Assembly: GCA_965223855.1 (NCBI GenBank)
Contig: CBDCXM010000008.1
Coordinates: 512,001-576,000 of the forward strand
Direction of reading: 5' to 3'
Length of the DNA: 64,000 nucleotides
DNA from: Candidatus Multivoradales bacterium
GTDB lineage: Bacteria > Acidobacteriota > Thermoanaerobaculia > Multivoradales > JAHEKO01
The notes under the pieces are model-generated. The model worked only from the letters and a program-made list of their open reading frames with translations. It searched no databases and was not told the DNA's origin. This document shows, piece after piece, positions 27,524 to 36,460 of the stretch. Within the stretch, counting starts at the first letter, position 1, and each line of letters begins with the position of its first letter. Made by a program: the position numbers and the translations under genes.

Positions 27524-30500
27524 TCACGGCAGGGTTCCGTCGTGAGTCGGCTGGGTGCAGGACGCCACCGCGCCGAAGTTGGGGCTGCCGGCCGTCGTCA
27601 CGTTGCCGGCCGGAATTCCGTTGGCGCTCGCCAGGTTGGCGGCGCTCGTCTGAACGATGTTGAGATCGGCTCCGCTGTCCTCGTCGACCACCAGCGTGCC
27701 GCCGCCCGACGCCAGGGTGTTGCCCGACATGTTGAGGCAGAGCACCGACCGGCCGTTGGCGCCGACCGGGCCGTCCTCCGAATCAGCCTCGAGTTCGTCG
27801 CCGGTCCCCTGGTTCGTCAGGGTGTTACCCGTGACGGTCGCGTTGAGTGTTGCGCCCGGATTGAGAGTCGTGCCATCCGGGTTGTCCACTTCCGACTCGA
27901 GATCGATCGACTCCGACGAACTGTCGTTGTTTACGATGTTGTTGCCCGAGATCAGCGTGTTGACGTTGATCGCGTTGTTCGGGTTCGGCGGAATGTTTCG
28001 CGACTGAACCCGGAACTCGATGCCGTGCTCGGCAATCGGGTCCGTCGCCGAACCGATGTTGTTGCCCTGAATGGTGATGTTCCCGAGCACCGTCGAGTCC
28101 CGCAGGTAGAGGAAGATCGCGTCCTCGTCGAGCACATCACGGATGGTGTTGTTGGAGATGACGGCATCGACCTCGGTGGCGTTGTCGTCGCCGATGATCC
28201 GCAACGCCTGCTCGATCTCGACGTCCTCGATGAGGTTGTTGCGGAATCGCAGCCGCAGCGTCGAGTCGTCGTTGGCAACGAAGTCGGCGACGCCCACCTG
28301 CGAACTCACCGGCAGCACACCCGCCTGGGTACCGGTGTCCTGGAAGACGTTGTTCTCGATCGTCGCCCGCAGGGTCCCCGTGCCGGCCAGGAGCGACGTG
28401 AGACGCGAGACGCCCCCTTCGCAGTTGGGCAGGTTGACGCAACCGCCCGTTCCGTTGGGGTTCGAGAAGTTCTGCGTCGAGGTGAAGCAGGAGTTGCGCA
28501 GGTTGAGAGTGATCGTCGAGGAACCCTCGGGGTTCACCTGAACGCCGTCGCCGAACATCGAGTCGAACTGATTGAAGCCGGCCCCGGTGGTGCCGGTGCA
28601 GGTGGTCGAATCCGGCGTCGACGAGCCGACGACGTCGATCCGCATCACCGAGTTGCCGAGGCCATTGACGAACACCCCGTCGTTGCCGCCGAGGTTCTGG
28701 CCGATGAACAGGCTGTCCCTCACCTCGAAGAGCGTGAGGTTCGTGTTGGTGTTGACGATTCGGATGCCGTCGCCGCTTGTCTGCGAGATTCCGGTAACGA
28801 TCCCGGCGCGGAAGCCGCCGCTGCCGGTGAGGTTGACCGCGTTGATGCCGTGCTCGATGTTCCCGTCGCCGGGGCTCGTGAGATTGAGCGAAGTAGCGCT
28901 GAAGCTGTCGGTGCCGCTCAGCGAGATGCCGTGGCTGGTGGTGTTCTGGATCGTGCCGCCGGAGCCGTTTCGGGTGTTCGAGCCGTCGCCGGTGATCGTC
29001 AGGCCGCCCCCGGTGCCGGTGTTGAAGAGCACGATGCCGCTAGTGGAGCCGTTGGACGAAACCGAGCGGAAGGTCAGGCCACTCGAACCGATCGTCGTGT
29101 TGAGGATGTGGATCCCGATGCCGGTCCCCGAGTTGACCGTGTGGGTGTCCGTCGAGTCGTTCTGGACGGTGCCACCACTGGTCGCGGAGAAGCCGTAACC
29201 GGTGGTTGTGTCGAGGTCGAGCGCGCCGTTGAAACTGAACGTCACGCCGGTGTTGTTCGTAAGATCGATCGCGTTCGCAAGCGAAGTGTCCGCGTCGATC
29301 GCGACACCGATCGTCTGGGAGCCGCCGGTGTTGTTCGACGCCTGGTAGGCGGCGGAGGCGTTGGCCTGAGTGATTCCGCCACCCTCGTAGTTCACCGTCG
29401 GCGCGCTGTTGGAGACATTCACGGCAGGACCGGTCGGGCTGGTGATCGTCGTGTTGGCGAACGTGAACGTGCCGCTGCTCGAAGTCAGGATGTCGATACC
29501 GGCGTCGCCGCCGTTGAGCGTCACCGCGCCGTCGAACCTGACCGTCCCGTCGGCGTTGCTCAGCCGAATGCCCGTGCCGTTGGTCGCGCTGACGGAGCCG
29601 TTGAAGTCGACGATCGCACCCAACGGGGTGTGATTCAGGATCTCGACAACGGGGGCATTGTTCGCCTGGGTGAGGGAACCATCGAAATTGACGAAGCACT
29701 GGGCGAGGTCAATTCGGAAGGCGGCACCGGTCGGACTGGTGACGGAGACTCCGCTCCCGAAGTTGAACGTCCCACCCGAGTTGTTGATGATGTCGATCCC
29801 GGCGTCACCGCCATTCAGCGTCACCGTGCCGTTGAAGGTGTAGACCCGATCCGCGTCGCTGAACTGCAGACCGTTCCCGTTCGTCGCGTTGATCGTGCTC
29901 GAAGCGTCGAAGACGATCGGCGCGCCGGTCGTGGTGTGGTTCGAGATCGAAACCGTCGTCGCGTTGTTGGCCTGGACGATCGACCCGCTGTAGGTGAGCC
30001 CGAGGATGTCGCCCGTCAGCCCATCGACGTTGAAAGCGGTCCCGGACGGGCTTGTAATCGAGGTGCCGGTGCCGAAGGTGAAGGAGCCGGACGAACCGCC
30101 GAGGATGTCGATCCCGGCGTCGCCACCGTTGAGTGTCGTCGTGCCGTTGAAGTTGTAGGCGGCGCCGTCGGCGTCGTTGAACTGCAGGCCGGTGCCATTG
30201 GTGGCACTGATCGTTCCCGTCTGGAAAGTGACCGTGCCTGTCGTGTGGCTAGAGATGTCCACGGCAGGCGCGTTGTTCGCCTGCGAGATGTTGCCGCTGT
30301 AGGTGACGCTCGCGGTCCCGCCAGTCAACCGGAAGGCGGCGCCGGTCGTGTTCGTGATCGAGGAGGCCGCGTCGAAGTTGTAGCTGGCCGAACCTCCCGA
30401 GATGCTGACACCGAACGAGCTGCCGGTCGAAGCGTCCAGATTGTCGACGTCGATCGTCCCGGTGGCGTTGGTGAACTCGATACCACTGCTGCCGCCGTTG

Positions 30501-33070
30501 AGACCGGTGTCCGAGACCGTCACGCCGTTGCTGCCGTTGGCGACAATGGAGGTGCCGAGAGGATTGGTGACGTCCAACCCTCGCACGGTGTTGCCGCTGG
30601 CAAGCAGGATCACGTTGCCCGAGTTCGTCAGTTCGGGACGTCCTGCGACTCCGGGGAGGGTGGCCGAGAAGGTGGGCGGCGTGAGCCCGGCGCCCGTCGC
30701 CAGATCCACGCCCTGACCGATCAGGAGCTGGTTGTCCTTGAGCGTGATGCCCTGAGAGTAGTTGGTCGTAGTGCCGTCACCCTCGTAGAGGAAGATGACG
30801 TCGCCCGGGTCGTCCGACGCCGGGACCATGTCGCCGATGTTGTCGAAGGGCGCGGCCAGGGTGCCGGTCCCGCCGGCCGCCGCCGTGTTGTCGATGAACC
30901 AGATCGTGTTCGCCACCGTGACGTTCACCGTGCAGGCGGCCGAATCGCCGAAGCCGTTGCCGACCGTGTAGGTGAAGGCGTCCACCCCGGTGAAGCCGGG
31001 GCCGCTGGTGTAGTCGAAGCCGCCGTCGGTCGCCACCACCGCTGTGCCGCCGCTGGTCGGCGCGGTGTTGCCGGTGACGGTGATCTGGTCGCCGGTGTCG
31101 CCGATCAGCACGCCGCTCGTGTTCGGCACCGAGATGCCGACGTTGCCGAGCGCATCGTAGTCGTCGTCGGGCGTCAGCTCGTCGTCGCACTGCGGGCGCG
31201 TGCCGACGGCGATCGTCACCGTTGCGTCGGAGAAGCCCGCGGCGTTCTGAATCCGGTAGCCGAACATGTCGGGCCCGGTGAAGGTCGCGCTCGGCGGGGT
31301 GTAGACGAAGTTGCCGTCCGCCGACACGACGACGGTGCCGCCGTTGTCGGTCGCGGTCGCAGCGCCCGGCACGGTCTGGTCGGTCGGGCTCGCCGAGGTG
31401 CCGTAGGAGACGACGTCGGCGAGCGGGAAGCCGCGATCGTCGTTGTCCATCACCGACGGCGTGGCGTGCGCGGTGCTGTCGAGCGTCGTGTTGATCGCCG
31501 TGTGGAAAGCATCGCCGGGGCTCGAGAGCATGTCGGGCAGGTCGGCCACCGCGGTCGGCGGCGCCTGGACCTCGACGGTAACGACCGCCGTGTCGCTGCC
31601 GACCGAGTTGGTGACCTGGTACTCGAAGGTGTCGACCCCCGAGAACGTCGGCGCGCCGGTCGCGTCGTACGTGAAGGTACCGTCGCCGCTGACGTCGAAG
31701 GTCACCATGTTGCCGTTCGCGGTGGTGAGGGCGGCGCCGGGTGCGGTCGTGAGCGGCCCCCCTACCGGACCGTAGAGGTCGACGACCCCGGCGGGGATGC
31801 CGAAGTCGTCGGCGCCGCTGCCGTTGTCGGCCGCTGCGTCGAACATCGCCGATGTGTTCTGCGTGATCGTGATCGCGTCGTCCTGGAGCGCCGGCGGCAG
31901 CCCGAGAATGATCGAGGCGGTCGCACTGTCGGTCGCCGGGCTCGACGGCGGGATGCCGTTCTGGACGTCGTAGGTGAAGGTGTCGATCTCGCCCCCGGTC
32001 GCACCGGGAGGCGGCGTGTAGGTGAACGAGCCGTCGGCATTGATATCGACGCTGCCGCCGAGCGTAGTCGGCTCTGCGACCACAGGGAGCACCGCCAGGG
32101 TCGGCGTGCCGGGGATGCCGAAGTCGTTGTCGAGCAGCACCGGCTGGAGGGTCCCGTCGACCGTCACCGGGTTGACCGGATGCCCCTCGTAGAGGCCGTC
32201 GTCCACCGCAAGCGGCGTCGTAGTCGCTGCGTCGGCCGCCGTCACGTTGGGATCGAGATTGACGTCGAAATCGGCCTGATCGATGTCGAAGGCGCCGGTG
32301 TTCGAAAGCTCGACCTCGTAGGAGATCGTGTCGCCAGGCACCGCGGTCGTACCGGGGGCATCGACCATCGTCATCGTCGCCTGCGCGCAACTGCCGACGC
32401 CGATCCTGACGTTCGACACCCACTCGTTGAACGGCGTCGAAGACGCGAGCTCCACGGAGAGGATCGGATCTCCGGCTCCGGACACACCGAAGAACTCGCC
32501 GGTCGCCGAGGCGGGCACGATGAACGCCTGCGTGCCGGAGAGGGTGAACTCGACGGTGACCGTCCAGGTGTCGCTCGCCTGCGCGTAGGCGTCGAAGCCA
32601 AGGGCACAGATCTCGTCGGCGTCGGGACCGGCGAAGTCGATCCGCAACGCTTCCGGGGCGGTGATCGTCCCCACCAGAACGTCGGTCTGGCCCAGCGTCC
32701 CGGTGTCCACCGCGAGCGGGCAGTCCCCTGGGCAGCCGGCATAGCCTCCGCCCACCGTCTCGACCACGAGCCTCGGGTCGATCGTCCCCGGCGCGAAGCA
32801 GGCGTCGTTCGAAGCTGCATCGATCGGCTCGTCGCAGCCGCCCTGGGCGTTCGGCGCTACCAACGTCGCCGAGAAGTCCTCGACCGGCAACCCCGGAAAC
32901 GCGGCGTCGAACGTAGCTGCGTCCGAGTACGTCTGGAACAACCCCTCCGGGCCCTGCGCCGCGGGAGCTTCCCGAACCGGCCCCCCCGCCTCGTCTGCCC
33001 AGATCATCGGAGCGATCGCGGCGACACCGACGGCAAAGGCCACCGTCACGGCCAGGGTGCGTAGGCGCAT
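27524..33070 (-). CDS. Giant exported adhesin-like protein (about 1848 aa): N-terminal domain, half DUF11, about 4 Ig/cadherin-like (Big_9-type) domains, long parallel beta-helix
   Basis: RBS GAGGA and signal peptide MRLRTLAVTVAFAVGVAAIAPMIWA; repeats DG.F.YTP..F.G.D.F.Y; Asn/Gly/Thr-rich repeats containing LNGGDAGIDI. Confidence 0.85.
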   Translation of the reverse strand: MRLRTLAVTVAFAVGVAAIAPMIWADEAGGPVREAPAAQGPEGLFQTYSDAATFDAAFPGLPVEDFSATLVAPNAQGGCDEPIDAASNDACFAPGTIDPRLVVETVGGGYAGCPGDCPLAVDTGTLGQTDVLVGTITAPEALRIDFAGPDADEICALGFDAYAQASDTWTVTVEFTLSGTQAFIVPASATGEFFGVSGAGDPILSVELASSTPFNEWVSNVRIGVGSCAQATMTMVDAPGTTAVPGDTISYEVELSNTGAFDIDQADFDVNLDPNVTAADAATTTPLAVDDGLYEGHPVNPVTVDGTLQPVLLDNDFGIPGTPTLAVLPVVAEPTTLGGSVDINADGSFTYTPPPGATGGEIDTFTYDVQNGIPPSSPATDSATASIILGLPPALQDDAITITQNTSAMFDAAADNGSGADDFGIPAGVVDLYGPVGGPLTTAPGAALTTANGNMVTFDVSGDGTFTYDATGAPTFSGVDTFEYQVTNSVGSDTAVVTVEVQAPPTAVADLPDMLSSPGDAFHTAINTTLDSTAHATPSVMDNDDRGFPLADVVSYGTSASPTDQTVPGAATATDNGGTVVVSADGNFVYTPPSATFTGPDMFGYRIQNAAGFSDATVTIAVGTRPQCDDELTPDDDYDALGNVGISVPNTSGVLIGDTGDQITVTGNTAPTSGGTAVVATDGGFDYTSGPGFTGVDAFTYTVGNGFGDSAACTVNVTVANTIWFIDNTAAAGGTGTLAAPFDNIGDMVPASDDPGDVIFLYEGDGTTTNYSQGITLKDNQLLIGQGVDLATGAGLTPPTFSATLPGVAGRPELTNSGNVILLASGNTVRGLDVTNPLGTSIVANGSNGVTVSDTGLNGGSSGIEFTNATGTIDVDNLDASTGSSFGVSISGGSASYNFDAASSITNTTGAAFRLTGGTASVTYSGNISQANNAPAVDISSHTTGTVTFQTGTISATNGTGLQFNDADGAAYNFNGTTTLNGGDAGIDILGGSSGSFTFGTGTSITSPSGTAFNVDGLTGDILGLTYSGSIVQANNATTVSISNHTTTGAPIVFDASSTINATNGNGLQFSDADRVYTFNGTVTLNGGDAGIDIINNSGGTFNFGSGVSVTSPTGAAFRIDLAQCFVNFDGSLTQANNAPVVEILNHTPLGAIVDFNGSVSATNGTGIRLSNADGTVRFDGAVTLNGGDAGIDILTSSSGTFTFANTTITSPTGPAVNVSNSAPTVNYEGGGITQANASAAYQASNNTGGSQTIGVAIDADTSLANAIDLTNNTGVTFSFNGALDLDTTTGYGFSATSGGTVQNDSTDTHTVNSGTGIGIHILNTTIGSSGLTFRSVSSNGSTSGIVLFNTGTGGGLTITGDGSNTRNGSGGTIQNTTSHGISLSGTDSFSATSLNLTSPGDGNIEHGINAVNLTGSGGFRAGIVTGISQTSGDGIRIVNTNTNLTLFEVRDSLFIGQNLGGNDGVFVNGLGNSVMRIDVVGSSTPDSTTCTGTTGAGFNQFDSMFGDGVQVNPEGSSTITLNLRNSCFTSTQNFSNPNGTGGCVNLPNCEGGVSRLTSLLAGTGTLRATIENNVFQDTGTQAGVLPVSSQVGVADFVANDDSTLRLRFRNNLIEDVEIEQALRIIGDDNATEVDAVISNNTIRDVLDEDAIFLYLRDSTVLGNITIQGNNIGSATDPIAEHGIEFRVQSRNIPPNPNNAINVNTLISGNNIVNNDSSSESIDLESEVDNPDGTTLNPGATLNATVTGNTLTNQGTGDELEADSEDGPVGANGRSVLCLNMSGNTLASGGGTLVVDEDSGADLNIVQTSAANLASANGIPAGNVTTAGSPNFGAVASCTQPTHDGTLP
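29330..30350 (-). repeat. Three intragenic repeats of about 100 aa (300-320 bp) in the beta-helix
   Basis: QANNA..ATNG.G.....ADG...F.G..TLNGGDAGIDI...S.G.F.F....TSP.G occurs three times (cores near 30120, 29800, 29500). Confidence 0.8.
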
Positions 33071-33125
33071 CAATGTTCCTCGAGAGGTGGTCACGGTCGG
33101 CTGGCTTCCGGCAGGCCTTCAGGCC

Positions 33126-33638
33126 CTAGCGGCGGCTCGACTTCTTGGCGGCTTTCTTCTTGGCGGCCTTCTTCGCCGTTTTCTTCACCGCCTTCTTCGC
33201 GGCCTTCTTGGCCGGCTTCTTGCCGTCACCCTTCTTGGCCGGCTCGTGGACTGCCACGAAGCTCGCCTCGGCCGTGTGGCCCCAGTGGGTGTGCCGGACG
33301 ATGTAGCGCTTGCCGTCGGCCAGCTTGGAAACGTCGATCGAGATCGTCTCGACCTCCCGCAGGCCGTGACCGCCGGGCACAGTGGCGGTGGCGAAGGTCT
33401 GCGTCGCAGCCTTCACCGAGCTGCCGCAGGCCAGGTCGGAGCGGGCGATCTCCTGGGCGTTCTCGTCGAGCACCTGGAGAAGGTGGGCACTGTGCGGCTC
33501 GTGGGTCCCGACCACGTAGTGCTCCTCGCCGTCGTTGTGGAGCGTCGCCAGCACTTCGATGGGCAGCGTCTTGCGCCGGCTCGAGATCACAACCAGAGGC
33601 TCGACCTCGATCTCGGCCCGGATGCGGTTGGTTTCCAT
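33126..33638 (-). CDS. Hypothetical protein with histone H1-like Lys/Ala-rich tail
   Basis: RBS GGAGA; beta-rich N-domain; tail PAKKAAKKAVKKTAKKAAKKKAAKKSSRR. Confidence 0.75.
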   Translation of the reverse strand: METNRIRAEIEVEPLVVISSRRKTLPIEVLATLHNDGEEHYVVGTHEPHSAHLLQVLDENAQEIARSDLACGSSVKAATQTFATATVPGGHGLREVETISIDVSKLADGKRYIVRHTHWGHTAEASFVAVHEPAKKGDGKKPAKKAAKKAVKKTAKKAAKKKAAKKSSRR

Positions 33639-33868
33639 GCCTCAATCTCCTGTTGGGGCGGCGCCGACCAGGGCACCGCACGATTGTCGAAGTGCCGGCA
33701 TCGACCGGCTGTCGTACCAGGACACTTCGCGGATGCGAAGCGCCCACGTGTCCCTGAACGCAAACCCGAAACGAAAAGTGACAAAGAAACAGTTGTCGAA
33801 GGGTAGCACAGCCGTTGGATCGGTCCGCCGGCGTCGGGCGCGTCGCCTGCCGATAGACTCCGCCGGTC

Positions 33869-35122
33869 ATGCGGGTCGCCTTCCGACAACTCGGCTGCAA
33901 GCTCAACCAGGCGGAGCTCGAGGCGATGGCCAGGGAGTTCACGGCCGCCGGGCACCGCGTCGTGGCGGAAACCGAGGAGCCGGATCTCTTCGTCGTCAAC
34001 ACCTGCACCGTGACGCAGGCCGCGGCCAGGGACTCGCGCAAGGCCGCGAGAAAGGGTTCCCGGCTCGGCGCGACCCGCACGGTGATCACCGGCTGCTATG
34101 TCGAGTCGGACCGGGAAGAGGCGGCGGCGTTGGCCGGCGTCGATCTGGTGGTCGCCAACGCCGACAAGGAACGGCTGCTCGAGATCGTGGAGCGCCGCTT
34201 TCCCGAGCTGGCCACGAACGGACAGGAAGACCTCCCCTACCTGCCGATCGGGTTCGGTCACTCGCGGGCGCTCGTCAAGATCGAAGACGGCTGTGACATG
34301 CAGTGCTCGTTCTGCATCATCCCCTCGACCCGCGGCCGCCAGCGCAGCCGCGCCCCCGAGGAGGTGGTGACCGAGGTGCGAGGCCTGATCGAGCGCGGCT
34401 TCGAGGAGGTGGTCGTCACCGGGGTGCAGATCTCCTCGTATCGTTACGGCGAGGCGCGGCTGTACGACCTCACCCGCCGAATGCTGGCCGAGACCTCCGG
34501 GGCGCGCTTCCGGCTGTCGTCGATCGCCCCGTGGGAGTTCGACGAGCGGCTGCTCGATCTGTTCGTCGACGATCGGATCTGCAGGCACTTCCACCTGTCG
34601 CTCCAGAGCGGCGACGGCGCCACCCTGCGGCGCATGCGGCGGCCGTACGACACCGATGGCTTCGCGACGCTGACCCGGCGGATTCGCCGGCGGGTACCCG
34701 GCATCGCGCTCACCACCGACGTCATCGTCGGCTTCCCGGGTGAGACGGACGAGGCGTTCGAGCGCTCCCTCGCCTTCGTCGAGGGCGAGCGCTTCGCCCG
34801 CATCCACGCCTTCCCCTTCTCGAGCCGTCCGGGTACCCCGGCGGCCGCGCTTCCCGACCCGGTTCCCCACGAAACGATTCGGGCCCGGATGCGGCGCATG
34901 CTCGCCGTCGCCGAGAACGCCGAGCGCGACTTCGCCCGTCGGCAGCTCGGCAGCACCGGTTCGGTGCTGTGGGAGGCTCGCGAAGGCGACCTGTGGCGCG
35001 GGACGACCGACAACTACGTGCGCGTGAGGGCGCTGAGCTCGCGGGATCTGGGCCGGCAGGTCGTGCCTGCCGAGCTGCTGTCGATCGAAGGCGGCTGGAT
35101 CGACGCTCGGGTGAGCGCGTGA
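33869..35122 (+). CDS. mtaB: tRNA t6A37 methylthiotransferase (radical SAM, MiaB family)
   Basis: LGCKLNQAE, VVNTCTVT, TGC, radical SAM motif GCDMQCSFC, HLSLQSG, DVIVGFPGET, HAFPFS.RPGT, TDNY. Confidence 0.88.
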   Translation: MRVAFRQLGCKLNQAELEAMAREFTAAGHRVVAETEEPDLFVVNTCTVTQAAARDSRKAARKGSRLGATRTVITGCYVESDREEAAALAGVDLVVANADKERLLEIVERRFPELATNGQEDLPYLPIGFGHSRALVKIEDGCDMQCSFCIIPSTRGRQRSRAPEEVVTEVRGLIERGFEEVVVTGVQISSYRYGEARLYDLTRRMLAETSGARFRLSSIAPWEFDERLLDLFVDDRICRHFHLSLQSGDGATLRRMRRPYDTDGFATLTRRIRRRVPGIALTTDVIVGFPGETDEAFERSLAFVEGERFARIHAFPFSSRPGTPAAALPDPVPHETIRARMRRMLAVAENAERDFARRQLGSTGSVLWEAREGDLWRGTTDNYVRVRALSSRDLGRQVVPAELLSIEGGWIDARVSA

Positions 35123-36444
35123 AGCGGCTGGCGACACCGAAGCTGCGATCGCTCGAGGAGATCTCCGGACGCCTCGACGAGGCTCTCGGACGCTCGGTCG
35201 CGGACGAGACGGAGCTCGTCTGGATCGAGGCGCTGCGCGGCGAGGCGACGCTGGGCGGGTCGCGTTTCGACGGACGACGCGCCCGCCACCGGACGCTGAT
35301 GTGCAGGGTCCTCGACCACGGCCGGGTCGGCAGCCACCGCACCGGCTTCGTGGAACCGGGAGAGATCGACGACGCGATGCGGCAGGCTCTCGCCCAATCG
35401 CGGGTGCACGAACCACTGCCGGGCCTGCCGCACATCCCGGCGGACGACACCCCGCTCCCCGACCTAGACGAGCTCGTGTGCGAGCGCACCGCCGGGCTGT
35501 CGCGCGAGGAGGCGGAGGAGTGGCTGCGCGCGGGCCTGCGCGGGCGCGAGCGCCTGAGACTCGAATGGACCACGGCGCGGGTCGCGGTGTTCAACAGCCG
35601 CGGCGTCCGTCGCACGACGGCGGTCACCTCCTCCGCGGTCGAGATCCGGCACGGGAGACGGCCGGGAAGCGGCCATGCCGCCGCTGCGGCCCGCAGCCTC
35701 GATGCACTCGATCTCGAGGCGTTGCAGGATCTCGCCGCGGGCCGTCACGCTTCCGGCGACACCGTCGAGCCGCCGGTCGGCAGGATCCCGGTGCTGCTGT
35801 CGACCGACGCGGCGATCGCCCTGGTGGCGTTGCTCAACCGCACCTCGCTGACGGCCGCCTCCTACTCGGACGGCACGTCCTTCCTGCGGGAACACCTCGG
35901 GGTCCAGGTCTTCGACCGATCGATCACGCTGCGCGACAACGCGACCAGCCCGCTCGGCCTGCCGTTCCCGTTCGATCTCGAAGGCACCGCCAAGCGGCCG
36001 GTCGATCTGATCCGCGACGGGACGCCGAAGACTCCGGCGCTCGACCAGCGACAGGCGGCGCAACTCGGCCTCCCCCCTACCGCGCACTCGATCTCCGGCA
36101 ACGACGCGCGCGCCGAGAACCTCTTCCTGCTGCCGGGCGAGACCCCTTACGACGAGCTGCTCGCAAGAGCGGACGGAGGTCTGTGGATCGGTCGGCTCGA
36201 CGGCGTCGGTCCGGTCGAGCCGCGCCGAGTCCGCTTCCTCGCCCACGCCCGCGGCGTGCGCCGCATCCGTGATGGCGCCCTGGCGGAGCCGGTTGCCGAC
36301 TTCATCTGGGACGACAGTCTGCTGCGTTGCCTCTCGGAATCGCCGGTGCCCGGCGACACGCTCGGCCGGCGGCTCAGCCGCGACGGAATCCTGGGGGGCG
36401 TCTGCGCGCCATACCTGATGTTCCCGAACGCCGAGATCGGCTAG
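35119..36444 (+). CDS. TldD/PmbA family protein (PmbA/TldE-like, no HExxxH)
   Basis: GTGA overlap with mtaB; AVFNSRG, ITLRDN, PFDLEG, LIRDG, AENL, RIRDG. Confidence 0.75.
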   Translation: MKRLATPKLRSLEEISGRLDEALGRSVADETELVWIEALRGEATLGGSRFDGRRARHRTLMCRVLDHGRVGSHRTGFVEPGEIDDAMRQALAQSRVHEPLPGLPHIPADDTPLPDLDELVCERTAGLSREEAEEWLRAGLRGRERLRLEWTTARVAVFNSRGVRRTTAVTSSAVEIRHGRRPGSGHAAAAARSLDALDLEALQDLAAGRHASGDTVEPPVGRIPVLLSTDAAIALVALLNRTSLTAASYSDGTSFLREHLGVQVFDRSITLRDNATSPLGLPFPFDLEGTAKRPVDLIRDGTPKTPALDQRQAAQLGLPPTAHSISGNDARAENLFLLPGETPYDELLARADGGLWIGRLDGVGPVEPRRVRFLAHARGVRRIRDGALAEPVADFIWDDSLLRCLSESPVPGDTLGRRLSRDGILGGVCAPYLMFPNAEIG

Positions 36445-36460
36445 CCATCGGCGAGGCCGC

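Noticed and set aside
27542-33064. 1840-aa plus-strand ORF and the many other long antisense ORFs
   Set aside because: Shadow ORFs of high-GC coding strands: Arg/Val/Gly-rich, no motifs, and overlapping well-supported genes
33720-33815. Possible c-di-GMP-I riboswitch (GCAAACC..GAAA..GACAAAG..GGTAGC fragments)
   Set aside because: I could not form the P2/P3 pairings; more likely an A-rich divergent promoter region. An Rfam RF01051 search would settle it
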